From Ginglymostoma cirratum (lineage: Eukaryota), in contig JAHRHZ010000115.1 of the NCBI GenBank assembly GCA_024137785.1, forward strand, positions 2,572,478 through 2,636,477: a stretch of DNA of 64,000 nt, in the 5' to 3' direction. Positions 38,840 to 50,091 of the stretch are shown in pieces. Position numbers and translations under genes: made by a program. The stretch's first letter is position 1, and each line of letters opens with the position of its first letter. Under the pieces are notes generated by a model. That model was not told the DNA's origin and did not search any database. It saw only the letters and a list, made by a program, of their open reading frames with translations.

Positions 38840-38902
38840 CAACATATAGAGATAGCGAGAAACTCCTATTCGGAAATGGGACCAGGCTGATCGTGAGACC
38901 CA
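38840..38902 (+). CDS. TRDJ: J1: TYRDSEKLLFGNGTRLIVRP
   Basis: FGxG motif; AGATTTTGT-12-CTGTGTG (atypical heptamer); GTGAGT donor. Confidence 0.9.
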
Positions 38903-39538
38903 GTGAGTACCAGTTTTTTGCATTAATTATGTTTCTCTCTCTCTCTTTGTGTCTCTGTCCATTTGCACAGAAGCTGCCAAAACTCCTGAATTTCTGTAAC
39001 AATTTCTCTTTTGCGTGTGTGGGTTTATTTCGGGATCTGACTGCCCTCTCTTGGGTATTGTATTTCCTCATTTTCGCTGCTCTCCATTCCCAGAACAGTG
39101 GGTGAGAGGGAGTGATTTACCATATTCCATTGGGAATCCAAACTGGAATAATCCAGACAGCTCTGTAGTTTTCCAAAAATCTCAGTTTTAAGTCCCCCTT
39201 AAAGAGCTGGTAAAGCCATCACTTTCTAAGGGGTTCCAATCAATTCAAGCAATTTTCTTTGCTTGACGCATATATGTGTTTATTTTTTAAGGATCTCGTT
39301 GTAAAATGAAGAAGGAAATTCTCCTCATGCTCTTGGCCAGTCTTGGTATTTCCTAGTGGTGTGAGAACGAGTGAGCGGCCATTGAGAGTGTGGACCTTAG
39401 CAGTTGGTGTCTGACCCAGGCAGACTATAAACTTAGGTGGTGGGTTATGGTGAACTGGGCTAAGAGGTGACTCATGCCAGTTCAGGGTTAATTGGCATCC
39501 ACGCTCTTTGAGTTTTGACGTGGATATTTATCATGGTG

Positions 39539-39591
39539 TACCTACAGACCACTAATATTCGGAGCAGGAACCAAATTGACTGTGGAGCCAA
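39539..39591 (+). CDS. TRDJ: J2: TYRPLIFGAGTKLTVEP
   Basis: AGTTTTGAC-12-CATGGTG; FGxG; GTAAGT donor. Confidence 0.92.
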
Positions 39592-40061
39592 GTAAGTACA
39601 AGCTATTGGTATCTTTTTCACTTGATCTCGTATCCTTTACTGCAACAAGACGACGGTTGGGGGGAGGGGGAAATTATGAATTGGTATTGAGGAGACAGTA
39701 ATGCTGCAGTGAGAAAGAGATCCCAGCAAGTTGTTGGAATAAATTTGAACACAACGCATCTTCTTGCATTTCCAACAATTCTGCTCCATGGTGCGGCTCG
39801 GAGACTCCTTTGCAGCTCTTCAAAGATTTTCTTTTCCTGTCTTTCCCAAAGTACTAGACTCTGGCATTGTAAGCTGGCGGCATGGTAAGTCTAAATCAGA
39901 AATGTTTCAGGCCAGAGGTTTATTCCTGGTCTAATCCCATCAAAATATGTCTTCCTGTCGCTAATTCACCAGTCCTTCCCCGACGCTGTCATTCACTGGT
40001 CCTAATGGAGTTGGAATTCTCGGCAAGTCAACAGGTATATGTCAGGCCAGTTATCATTGTG

Positions 40062-40110
40062 TATGAACCACTGATCTTTGGAGCTGGGACCCAACTGACT
40101 GTGGAGCCAG
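40062..40110 (+). CDS. TRDJ: J3: YEPLIFGAGTQLTVEP
   Basis: GGTATATGT-12-CATTGTG; FGxG; GTAAGT donor. Confidence 0.94.
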
Positions 40111-40361
40111 GTAAGTTGAGATGTTGATGCTTAGCACTTGGGAAAATCCGTGTTTCCGAGCCCGGCAATTCTTTACAAGGGCATGGCATGTTAAATCTCT
40201 GGTGTAAATTGTTGAGCCATGGCAGGGTCTGGTCGAGTAGAGACAGGGAATGGAGATGGATTCCAGGTCACTGAGTGAGACAGCTCCCTTGGTGAAGGGG
40301 GTTGGTGGTGTTTTTTCCATATCAATGGAACAAGGTTCCTGTCTGGGTGGTTGTCACTGTG

Positions 40362-40418
40362 CAGCTTATGATGACAAGCTGATTTTTGGCAGTGGCACTA
40401 AGATGGACGTCGTGCCGA
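40362..40418 (+). CDS. TRDJ: J4: AYDDKLIFGSGTKMDVVP
   Basis: GGTTCCTGT-12-CACTGTG; FGxG; GTAAGT donor. Confidence 0.94.
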
Positions 40419-41019
40419 GTAAGTGCAAACGTTTCTTGTGAGTGAATGTCATTTCTTTCCGTTCTGAGCCTTGGGGAATACACGGATGGGGTGGAGCGGG
40501 GAGTGCAAAAAAGTATGTGACAGAGAAGCCAAGCCACCGTCTCGAGCTAACGAACAGCTGTACTGCACTAATTTCAATTTGGCCTCAGGACCGGACTGGA
40601 GGGAGAGTAGGAGAGAATAAAAGCCGCTTCGGCCCATCAAATCTGCCCCTTCCCCAAAAAAATAGAACATGGGCCAAAGTGAACAAAATTCACCTTTCTT
40701 TCCCACCGACACCTCCCCCATTCCTTTCAAATGCTAACAGAAGACAGAGCGTAAAGTTTTGCAATGAGCTTTGGAGTTTGATAAGTAATTATTCTAGCCC
40801 CCCCTCCCCACCTCTTCCAAAAACCCCTATCTTTTCTGATTCTCCCAAATCAATGGCAGATGAGTCAAAGGAAACTCAGCTACAAGGCAATTTAACCGTG
40901 AAATTGGATGCTAATGCGAATTTATGGACTCTGAAATTAATGCAGAGGAGCGGAAAAGATGGTTTAATGAGGGGTGGGAAACGGTAACAATTATCACCAA
41001 GGATATCCTAATTCAGACC

Positions 41020-41575
41020 TCTGAGTACAGGAGTTTGGACTTTATGTTGAGGTTGTTGAAGATGTTGGTGAGGCCTCTTCTGGAGTACCATGTCCAGTTC
41101 AGAAAAGATTTACCAGGATGCTGCCGGTTAGAGAAGGTTTGAGTTATCAAAAAAGGCTGGATAGGCTGCAACTTTTTTCCACTGGAACGTAGGAGGCTGA
41201 GGGGTGACCTTGTAGAGGTTTATAAAATCATGAAAGGCGTTGGTAAGGTGAACGACAAGGGTATTTTTCCCTGAACGGGGGAGTTCAAAACTGGGGGGCA
41301 CATCTTTTAAGGTGAGAGGAGAAAGATCTAAAAGGACAAGGAAGTTTTGTTTACACAAAGTGTGGTTCATGTTGGAAATGAAATGCCAGAAAAACTGATG
41401 GATGTAGTTACAGTTACAATGCTTAAAAGTCATTTAGATAAGTTCATGAACAGGAAACATTTGGAGGGATATGGGCCAGGAGCAGGCAGGTGGGTCCAGT
41501 TTAGTTTGTGAACATGGGCAGCACAGACTGGTTGGACTGAAGGGTTTGTTTCCGAGCTGTATGGTTTTCTGACTT
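41020..41575 (+). mobile_element. CR1-type LINE 3' fragment
   Basis: LVRPLLEY...; similar fragments at ~42960-43230, 44255-44550 and 45390-45965. Confidence 0.75.
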
Positions 41576-41688
41576 GCAAACTGAATCTGAAGTGTACCCC
41601 GCAGCTAAAGCAAAAGGTGAAATGTAAACCTAGGCATTACTGTACATGTGGTTGGAGTCGTATTTTTGTGCCGTCTGTTAGCACTGTG

Positions 41689-41740
41689 TGGACTACAAAG
41701 ATGATCTTTGGCAGTGGGACCCAACTCACCGTGGAACCCA
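41689..41740 (+). CDS. TRDJ: J5: WTTKMIFGSGTQLTVEP
   Basis: TATTTTTGT-12-CACTGTG; FGxG; GTAAGT donor. Confidence 0.95.
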
Positions 41741-42367
41741 GTAAGTCTGATGCCAATTTCGACCTGAATATTGTCCGGTAAATGTCCTGCTTATTTGACT
41801 GATTTTGTTCTTTCTTTGAGTGGGAGCTGGCACTCAGCAGGGACAAGCAAGTGGGGCCCGAATTAAGTTGGTGCTTGAGCTAACCCGCTGAGGTCCTCCC
41901 TCACTCTCTGCCCTAACCTGTGCTATCTGGGGAAGGTTGTTCCCTTGAATTCCCTCCCCACTCCCTGAATCCAAGGGCCCTGCCTAGGGATCTCTCCTCA
42001 GTCACCAAAGACCATCTCTCCACTAATGCATGGAGGGGCTTGTACTGAAGCAGCATTGCAATTAGAGAGGGAGTTGGGGCCTCTGCAATATTTTTCATTG
42101 CTCAAAGCGTGGGTGCAAGGGATGAATGAAAGTCAGGAGTAATTCCTCTACAATATTGTTTAATTTCACTGAAGGGAGTTCCTGTCCGTCTCCTCAGTAT
42201 ACTTTGGGATGGACAGGATTGCAGATTTTTACCTCCAGATTACCAAATATTCCTTCTGATTTTCACGAAATTATATCATTCTTTGCTGATGTTGAAACAA
42301 GTGGGAAACTGGGAAGTCTCACCCCTGGTCCCCATCGAGGGTTTGTGTCTGAGTAATTGTCACTGTG

Positions 42368-42433
42368 CTGGCTATTATAGCAATGCTGACAAACTCATAT
42401 TTGGCAACGGAACACAACTGAATGTTCTGCCAG
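42368..42433 (+). CDS. TRDJ: J6: GYYSNADKLIFGNGTQLNVLP
   Basis: GGTTTGTGT-12-CACTGTG; FGxG; GTAAGT donor. Confidence 0.95.
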
Positions 42434-43432
42434 GTAAGTGGCTGATGTGTGTCTTCTTTGGCATAGAGAAAGTCGAGGTAGCCTCTGTGCTTCAATAGCG
42501 AAGGCACAGCGCCGATAAGATGATATTTAATAGACTGGGTATCAAGCACAGCTCATGTCTTGCCAAGGCATGTGGTAGTCAGACGTGGAATGCGAATGGA
42601 AAGCTGGGCTGGATGCTAATCACTTGAGTGAAGGAGACTTCATTTTTCATGTTCAAGGGGTTGTTCCTGTCAAGTCCAACAGCTTAGAGGTCACCAAGGT
42701 GGTCTCAAGGCGGAAATGTAGAGCCCCNNNNNNNNNNNNNNNNNNNNNNNNNNNNNNNNNNNNNNNNNNNNNNNNNNNNNNNNNNNNNNNNNNNNNNNNN
42801 NNNNNNNNNNNNNNNNNNNNNNNNNNNNNNNNNNNNNNNNNNNNNNNNNNNNNNNNNNNNNNNNNNNNNNGGAAGGCAAGAGAACAAAAACATGGAGCAA
42901 TTTATTCTCCAATTTGCCTGTTTTTATGCCCAGAACACTGGGTCTAGCAGGGAGGAGGGGGCGGGGGGTCACAGTCAAAAATACAGGGGTAGGCCATTTC
43001 AGACTGAGGTGAGGAGAAATGTCTTCACCCAGATACTGAAGAGGTTGGGGGAGCCTGTAGGATTCTCTGTCGCCACAGAAAGCAGTCGGGCCCGAAAGAT
43101 TGAGTGTTTTCGAGGAGGAGATAGATATTGTTCTGTTGGATCAAAGGGCGTTGGGGTACTGAAATATATGGTCAGACACAATTCCGTTGAGTGGTCGAGC
43201 GTACTCGAGGGTCCGAGTGGCCTACTCTCATCGTCGGTAATTTCAAACTGTTGAACAGCAAAGAAAATTAGTGTAGGAGAGAGAGGGGAAATGGTGCCAT
43301 CTGTTTGGGTATGCAGACAGAAAAGGCTCTTGAAGCCAGAAACATGAAGCTACAGTGAGGGAGACTAAAACAGCTTTTCACTGCACTGTTACTGTGGCTG
43401 GGTCTACTTTTGTAACAGCTGGTAGCACTGTG

Positions 43433-43495
43433 ATGGAATATACTACACTAAGAAGCTGGTGTTTGGAGACGGGACCAAACTCACAGTGGAGCCAA
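43433..43495 (+). CDS. TRDJ: J7: GIYYTKKLVFGDGTKLTVEP
   Basis: TACTTTTGT-12-CACTGTG; FGxG; GTAAGC donor. Confidence 0.95.
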
Positions 43496-44168
43496 GTAAG
43501 CCTCGCAGAGTCTCGCCTTGGGAAACGGTATCAGTATCCCAGAGAGGGTTCACTGGGTTTTGGAACTGTGATAGCGGGAAAATACCTTCTCCAGGGTCCA
43601 GTTGGTCCATGCTGCTGGCTTCAAGCGCCTTTTCTGTCTGCACACCCAAACAAATTTCTCCTCTCTCTCCGACTCTAATTTTCTTTGCCGTTCAACAGTT
43701 TGAAAAGACAGACGATGAGAGTAGGCCATTCGGCCCCTTGAGCTTGGTCCACCGTTCAACGGGATTGTGTCTGATCATCCATTTCAGTCCACCAACACCC
43801 TCTGAGTTGGGGGAGTTGGGACGGGGTGTGTTTGATCTCATTTGAAAACTGCAAGAGCTGTGAAGGGTCAGGCAGAGGATCGATAATGTATCACGTTTGT
43901 TTCTCCATGAGTGTTGGTCTCGGACTGTAGGTTGCAATGGGAAATTAGCGAGATGGAGGGAAGGCTGTACGGCTATTGAGCTCCCATCCCTCCCTGACGC
44001 TTTTGAAATGTCGCAGATCGAAGAGAATTAAGTTTAATGAGGTCCGGGGAGGCAGGGGAAACAATTTGGAGCCTGTCCCGACTGTTCTTTTTGCAATTGG
44101 GATCTTAAGACTCAAACCAAGACAAGTAAATCCTCCCATGACTTGTCCATTTCACTCAGCACATTGGG

Positions 44169-44230
44169 GCAACTACAGAAGCAGGAAAATTCTATCTTCG
44201 GCAGTGAGATCAAACTCACTGTCGAACGCT
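44169..44230 (+). pseudogene. TRDJ: J8 pseudogene: ...IFGSEIKLTVER
   Basis: FGxG changed to FGSE, donor CTAAGT instead of GTAAGT, heptamer degenerate (CATTGGG). Confidence 0.75.
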
Positions 44231-44919
44231 CTAAGTCTCATTGTAGCTTACGGGACACTGAAAGACCTGGATAGAGTGGACAAGCAGAATAGCCTCACGG
44301 TGTAGGGCCGACCCCTCGGAATTGAAATGAGGAGGGATTTCTTCAGCCGATGCTTGGGGGGAGCCTCATTACTGCAGAGGGCTGTGGAGGCCAAGACACT
44401 GAGTATATTTAACACAGAGATAGGTTCTTGATTGGGGAGGGGAATCAGGGCTACGGGGAGAACGGTGTTTAGGGACATGGCAGCTATGATTGAATGATGA
44501 AACAGACTCGACGGGCCGAGAGGCCTCATTCTGCTCCTATCCTTTATGGCCTAAGCCATTCCAGCATCTCAAAACTTGGCTTGTAGACAAGTAATCGACA
44601 GGGCCCTCTTGCCAGTACCCATACAGGGGCAATATAGGTTAAACTCTGCCCTGTAGCTCCAGCCTGCCAAAAATTTGGGAACTTCAACTAGTGCGAACGG
44701 TGCCTCTAGAGACCTACCCCACCACTAGCAACCATCGCTTCCCCCCACCCCCCACCCATTCCAGCCCCCACCCTGCGCCTTAGATTCCTTGGGAAACAGG
44801 GAAATGCCCTGACAACCAGAAGTCAGTACAAGTACGGTCTTTTCTTCAAAATAAAGAACGCCCCTCCATTTCTCGTTCTGTGGTCGAATGCTGTTTCTGC
44901 ATCACCTGGCAACACTGTG

Positions 44920-44979
44920 GCAGCTACGTATATGAAAAGCTGATCTTCGGCAGTGGAACCAGGCTGACGGTGAAACCCA
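44920..44979 (+). CDS. TRDJ: J9: SYVYEKLIFGSGTRLTVKP
   Basis: TGTTTCTGC-12-CACTGTG; FGxG; GTAAGT donor. Confidence 0.95.
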
Positions 44980-46085
44980 GTAAGTCTTTGGGTCTGACTG
45001 TCGTAAAACCCAACAGAGGAGGGGGAATAAAAAGCCCTCAAACCTCGAATCTGACTGACCCTCGATCTGTTCCACACACAGTGGTGGTAGAGGACTGTGG
45101 TTTGGCGGAGGTGGTGACGGTCAGAGAAATACCACCTTGACTGACAGATCGAAATTCCACTCAGCCCCACGTCTCGGCTCTGGGAGAATTTCTCTCACTC
45201 TGAATGCATCGGTTCATTACGTTAGAACTGCGGGGCGGGGGTGGGGGAAAGTAGGTACAGGTGTGGGCTATTCAGAACTCCCCATCCTGACCTGCTCCAT
45301 TATTCATGGCTGACTTATGGCCTAAATCCACGTACCTCCCTTTCATCCATATCCCTTAACAGTCTTTGCTGAATAAAAACGGATCTGTCTCAGATGTCTC
45401 TACAAGTAGACAGGGTGGGTAAGGCAGCTTTTGGCACACTTGCCTTCATTACGCAGTCCTTTGAGTATAGGAGTTGGGACGTTATGTTGACCTTGTACAG
45501 GATGTTGGAGAGGCGTCTTCTGGAAAACTGTGACCAGTTCTGGTCATCCAGTTATAGGGAGGATATTATTAAATTGGAGAGGGTTCAGAAGAGATTTACC
45601 AGAATGTTGCCGGGAATGAAGTGTTTGAGTTAGAAAGAAAGGCTGGGACTTTTATTTTCCCACTGGAGGTTGAAGGGGCAAATTTATAGATGTTTATAAA
45701 ATCATGAGGGGCATAAGGTAAGGTTAATAGCGAAGATCTTTTTCCCTAGGGTGGAGGAGACCAAGACCAGACGGGCTGAGGTTTAAGGTGAGAGGAGAAA
45801 GATTTAAAAAGGGCTTGAGGGGCAACGGTTTGACACAGAGAGTGGTTCGTGTGTGGAATACGCTTCCAGAGGAAGTGGTGGATGCGGGTACAGTTACAAC
45901 GTTTAAAAGGCATTTGAACAAGTACATGAATAGGAAAGGTTTGGAGGGATATGGGCCAAGCCCCGATGATTCTAAGAATTAATCTCTGACATACCAATTC
46001 AGACCCAGGAAGAGACCACGCACAAGGACTTGTGTTCATGTCTGTTGTGGTGAAAGTGAATTTTTTAACACCTGGCACAATCGTG

Positions 46086-46139
46086 CTAACTACTGGAAAT
46101 TAATCTTTGGCACAGGCACCAGACTCACTGTGCAAGCCA
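46086..46139 (+). pseudogene. TRDJ: J10, probably defective: NYWKLIFGTGTRLTVQA
   Basis: Intact FGxG but donor GGAAGT (GT lost) and weak RSS GAATTTTTT-12-AATCGTG. Confidence 0.82.
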
Positions 46140-47185
46140 GGAAGTGGTTGGCAGTTACTACCTCAAATCTAATTAGAAGAATCTCTGGCAGACTGCAATA
46201 GAACCGCCAAATAATCAAGCGCAGTATTTTTTTTTAAATTGAGGGGAATACAGGGAGAATTTAATGGTCAATGCCGATCTGGGGGTTAAAAGTTCTGCAG
46301 AAGGGGTTAATTATCTCTATTTAAGGGCTAAATCAAGGGCTGTGGGGGATGTGCATATCAGAGACCACTGTGAACTATCCCAGGGTAGGGGATTGGCAAT
46401 GGGAAGGCAGTGTTGTATGGTATTCGGACTAGACCTGTCACCCTGAGCCCCAGATTACCTTCCAGGAACATTAGTTCGAGTGCTTGTAGAATTTTACAGG
46501 AGAGACAGGTGCTTGGCTCATCATGTCTGTACTGGCTCCCCAGTTCATCCCCATTCTCCAGCCTTATCTCCATAGCCCTCTAACGTCATCCTTTTCAAAT
46601 ATACATCCAGCTTCCTTTCTAACCCCCCGTCGCTCTTCCAGGCAGCTCATCCCAAACTCCAACAGCTATCTCCGAGTAAATAAGTCTCTCCTCATCTGCC
46701 TCTGAGCTCTATCGCTGACAATCATGGAATTGTGACCCCACATTACCGACTAGTGGAAACAGAATACCGTTCTTTACCCTGTCGAAGACGTTCTCAAATT
46801 TGATCATTTCAATAAAGGTTACCCCTTCGTCTTCTCTGCATCGTGCCCAACCTCCCTCTCTAATCTCTCCTCGTGCCTAAAATCTCTCACGCCTGAAGAA
46901 ATCCTCCATCTCTCCCAAAAATTTGGAATGATTCACACAAAATTCTGGGCTTGTGTTTCTCGCCAAAACTCAGACCCATGTGATCAGTGTCCGTTCTAAT
47001 GGCCTGCTTTACTGAGTGGTCCACTGGGAAAGGACCTGATCTGACTTACATGTGACTCCAGGCCCCAAAGCCCCATTGATAGAGATGGGAAATGAATGTT
47101 CGTGTCAATCCAGCAATGCCTATACCCCATGAACGAACTTGAAAGCTAAGTTTGGAAGGTTTCTGTCTTAGATATGGTTACTGTG

Positions 47186-47251
47186 TGGATTACTATGATA
47201 GCACAACAAAACTCACATTTGGCAGCGGCACCCGACTGACAGTTATACCAG
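47186..47251 (+). CDS. TRDJ: J11: DYYDSTTKLTFGSGTRLTVIP
   Basis: GGTTTCTGT-12-TACTGTG; FGxG; GTAAGT donor. Confidence 0.95.
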
Positions 47252-48609
47252 GTAAGTTAGAGCTGAGGCTTTTTTTTTTTTAAATTTCATTCAGCTAGCA
47301 TGCCGTTTATTTTGTTTTGTTCTGTGGAGCGGAGTGTCTGGGCAGAGAGCCAGATAGTGCTGCAAAGAGAGAGAGAGAGAGAGAGAGTGGCAGAATAAAG
47401 GAACTATCGCAGGCATTTTAGCTGTGAGAGGAATTTTTGGGAAGGTGCATGTTCCAAAAGACCCTGAGGCCAAGAAACGATTCTCCTGGTGTCAGAACGG
47501 TGATGGGCACTGAAGGGTTGAATCACTGTATGGTAAAGATATTAGACTCCATCTTGAAACCGTCCCATCCGAAAAACAGTTCGTTGAGGAGAAGTTGTAC
47601 ACATTTGTCAGTAGTGCTGACAGGTCGTTTTTATTGTGTCGTTTCTGTCTAACATAACCTTGTGAAAAAGGTTCCACTTTAGCTAAAACGAGGGTGGCAA
47701 AGCTTAAATTGGTCACTTTCAAACATGCCTCCAGTTCTCTTTTGAAACCTCCTGTCGAATCCACCTCCATTGCTCTCCCAGGCAGCACATTCCAAATCCT
47801 AACGACTCCCCAAGACTACAGGGCATAGGTTTAAGGTGAGAGGGGAAAGATTTAAAAGGGACCGGAGGAGTAACCATTTCACACACAGGGTGATGCGTGT
47901 ATGTAACATGCTGGTGGAGGCTGGCACAATTACAACATTTAAAAGGCATCTGTAGGGCATGTGAATAGGAAGGGTTTAGAGGGATATGGGCCAAATCTGG
48001 TAAATGGGACTAGATTAATAAAGGATATCTTGTCAGCATGGACAAGTTGGACAGAAGGGTCTGTTTCTATGCTGTATATCTCTATGACTCTGAGTAAAGA
48101 GGTTTCTCCTTATCTCACTCCGAGATCTGTCGTTGACCATCTTGATGTTTGACCCCTAGTTACTGACTGGTGGAAACATAGTGTCATTCTTTACCCTATT
48201 GAAATTGCTCACAAATCTGTTCACCTCAATAAAGGTCACCCCTTAATCTTCTCTGCCCTGAGCCCGATCTCTCTCTCGCTCTCTCTAATCTTCCCTCCTC
48301 TCGGAAATCCCTCAGGCCCAAAGAAATGCTTCATTTCTCAAAGGAATTTGGATTGATTCAAGCAAAATTCAGGCCAGAGTAGCTGGGCCAGACTCAGATC
48401 CTTGTGATCAGTGTCCATTGTAATGGCCTGCTTTACTGAATGGTCCATTGGGAAAGAACCTGGTCTGTCTTGCACGTGAATCCAGACCCGACAGACCCAC
48501 AGCTAGATATGGGCAATAAATGCCTGTGCCATTCCAGTGATGCCCATGCCCTGTGAAGAAATTTGAAAGCCAAGTTTGGAAGGTTTCTGTCTTAAATATG
48601 ATTACCAAG

Positions 48610-48675
48610 TGTGTTACTATGATCGCACAACAAAACTCACACTTGGTAGCGGCTCCCAACTGACAGTTATACCAG
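48610..48675 (+). pseudogene. TRDJ: J12, probably defective: CYYDRTTKLTLGSGSQLTVIP
   Basis: Heptamer position reads TACCAAG; FGxGT changed to LGSGS; donor intact. Confidence 0.85.
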
Positions 48676-50025
48676 GTAAGTTAGAGCTGAGGCTTTTTAA
48701 TTTCATTCTCTTATGTGCAGTTTATTTTGTTTTGTTCTGTGGAATGAAGTGTCTAGGCAGAGAGCCAAGGTAGTACCACAAAGAGAGAGAGAGAGACAGA
48801 GAGAGGGAAAGTTAGAAATGATTGAAGGCATTTTGACCATGAGAGTTACATGTTCAAATCTTTCTTCAAATAAATACACTAAGGCCAGGAAATGAATCTC
48901 CTTTTGTCATAAATGTGCCAGGCACTGAAGGGCTGAATTGTTGTATGGCCAAGATATTAAACTCCATCTTGGAAATGACCCCTCTCAGAAACTGTTGATG
49001 GAAGAGAAATTGTATGGATTTGCCAGTGCTGACAGGTCTTTTCTTATCATATTATTTAAGTCTAACAGGACCGTGTGAGAAAAGTTCCATTTCAGCTAGA
49101 ATGAGGCAGAAAAAACTTAAATTGGTCACTTTCAAATATATGTCCAGCTCTCCTTTGAAAACTCATGTTGAATCCACCTCCCCTATTCCCCTAGGCAGCT
49201 CATTCTAAATCCTAACAAGTTCTCAAAAGTAGAGGGCATAGGTTTAAGTTGAGAGGGGAAAGATCTAAAAGGGACCCCAGGGGCAGCCTTTTCACGCAGA
49301 GTCGGGTGTGTGTATGGAATGAGCTGTGAGAGGAAGTGGTGGAGGCTGGTACAATTACAACATTTAAAAGGCATCTGGATGAGTTTATAAATAGGAAGGG
49401 TTTAGAGTGATATGTGCCAAATGCTGGCAAACGGGGCTATATTTCTTTAAGATATCTGGTTGGCATGGATGAGTTGGACCAAGGAGTCTATTTCCGTCCT
49501 TTAGATCTCTATGACTCTATGACTCTGAGTAAAGAGGTTTCTCCTCATCTCACTCCAAGGTCTGTCGTTGGCCATCTTGAAGTTGTGACCTCTAGTTCCC
49601 AACTGTTGGAAACAAAATATCCTCCTCTACCTTGTCGAAATTGTTCTCAAATTTGATCAACAAATTACAGCAAGGTCACCTCTTAACCTGCTCTCCTCTG
49701 AGCCCTATCTCTCTCTCTAACCCTGCCTTGTGTCTGAAATACCTTATGCCTGAAGAAATCCATCATTTCCCAAAGTTTCCATCAAAACTTGGACTTGAGC
49801 TTCTGGCCAAAATTCAGGCCCAAAACCCAGTGTCCATGGTAATGTCTGCTTTACCAAGCGGTCCCCTGGGAAAGAACCTGGTCTGACCTACATGACTCCA
49901 GACCCCACAGTCCCACAACTAGAGCTGGGCAATGATTACCCATGCCAATCTAGCAATGCCCACGCGCTGTGAATGAACTTGAAAGCTAAGTTTGGAAGGT
50001 TCCCGCCTTAGACCTGTTAACTGTG

Positions 50026-50091
50026 AGGATGACATTGACAAAAGAAGGAAACTCACATTTGGCAGTGGTACCCAACTGACGGTTATACCGA
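50026..50091 (+). CDS. TRDJ: J13: DDIDKRRKLTFGSGTQLTVIP
   Basis: GGTTCCCGC-12-AACTGTG (weak nonamer); FGxG; GTAAGT donor. Confidence 0.9.

Noticed and set aside
46345-46455. CACTGTG at 46366 as a further J
   Set aside because: No nonamer at 12 bp, no FGxG, no splice donor
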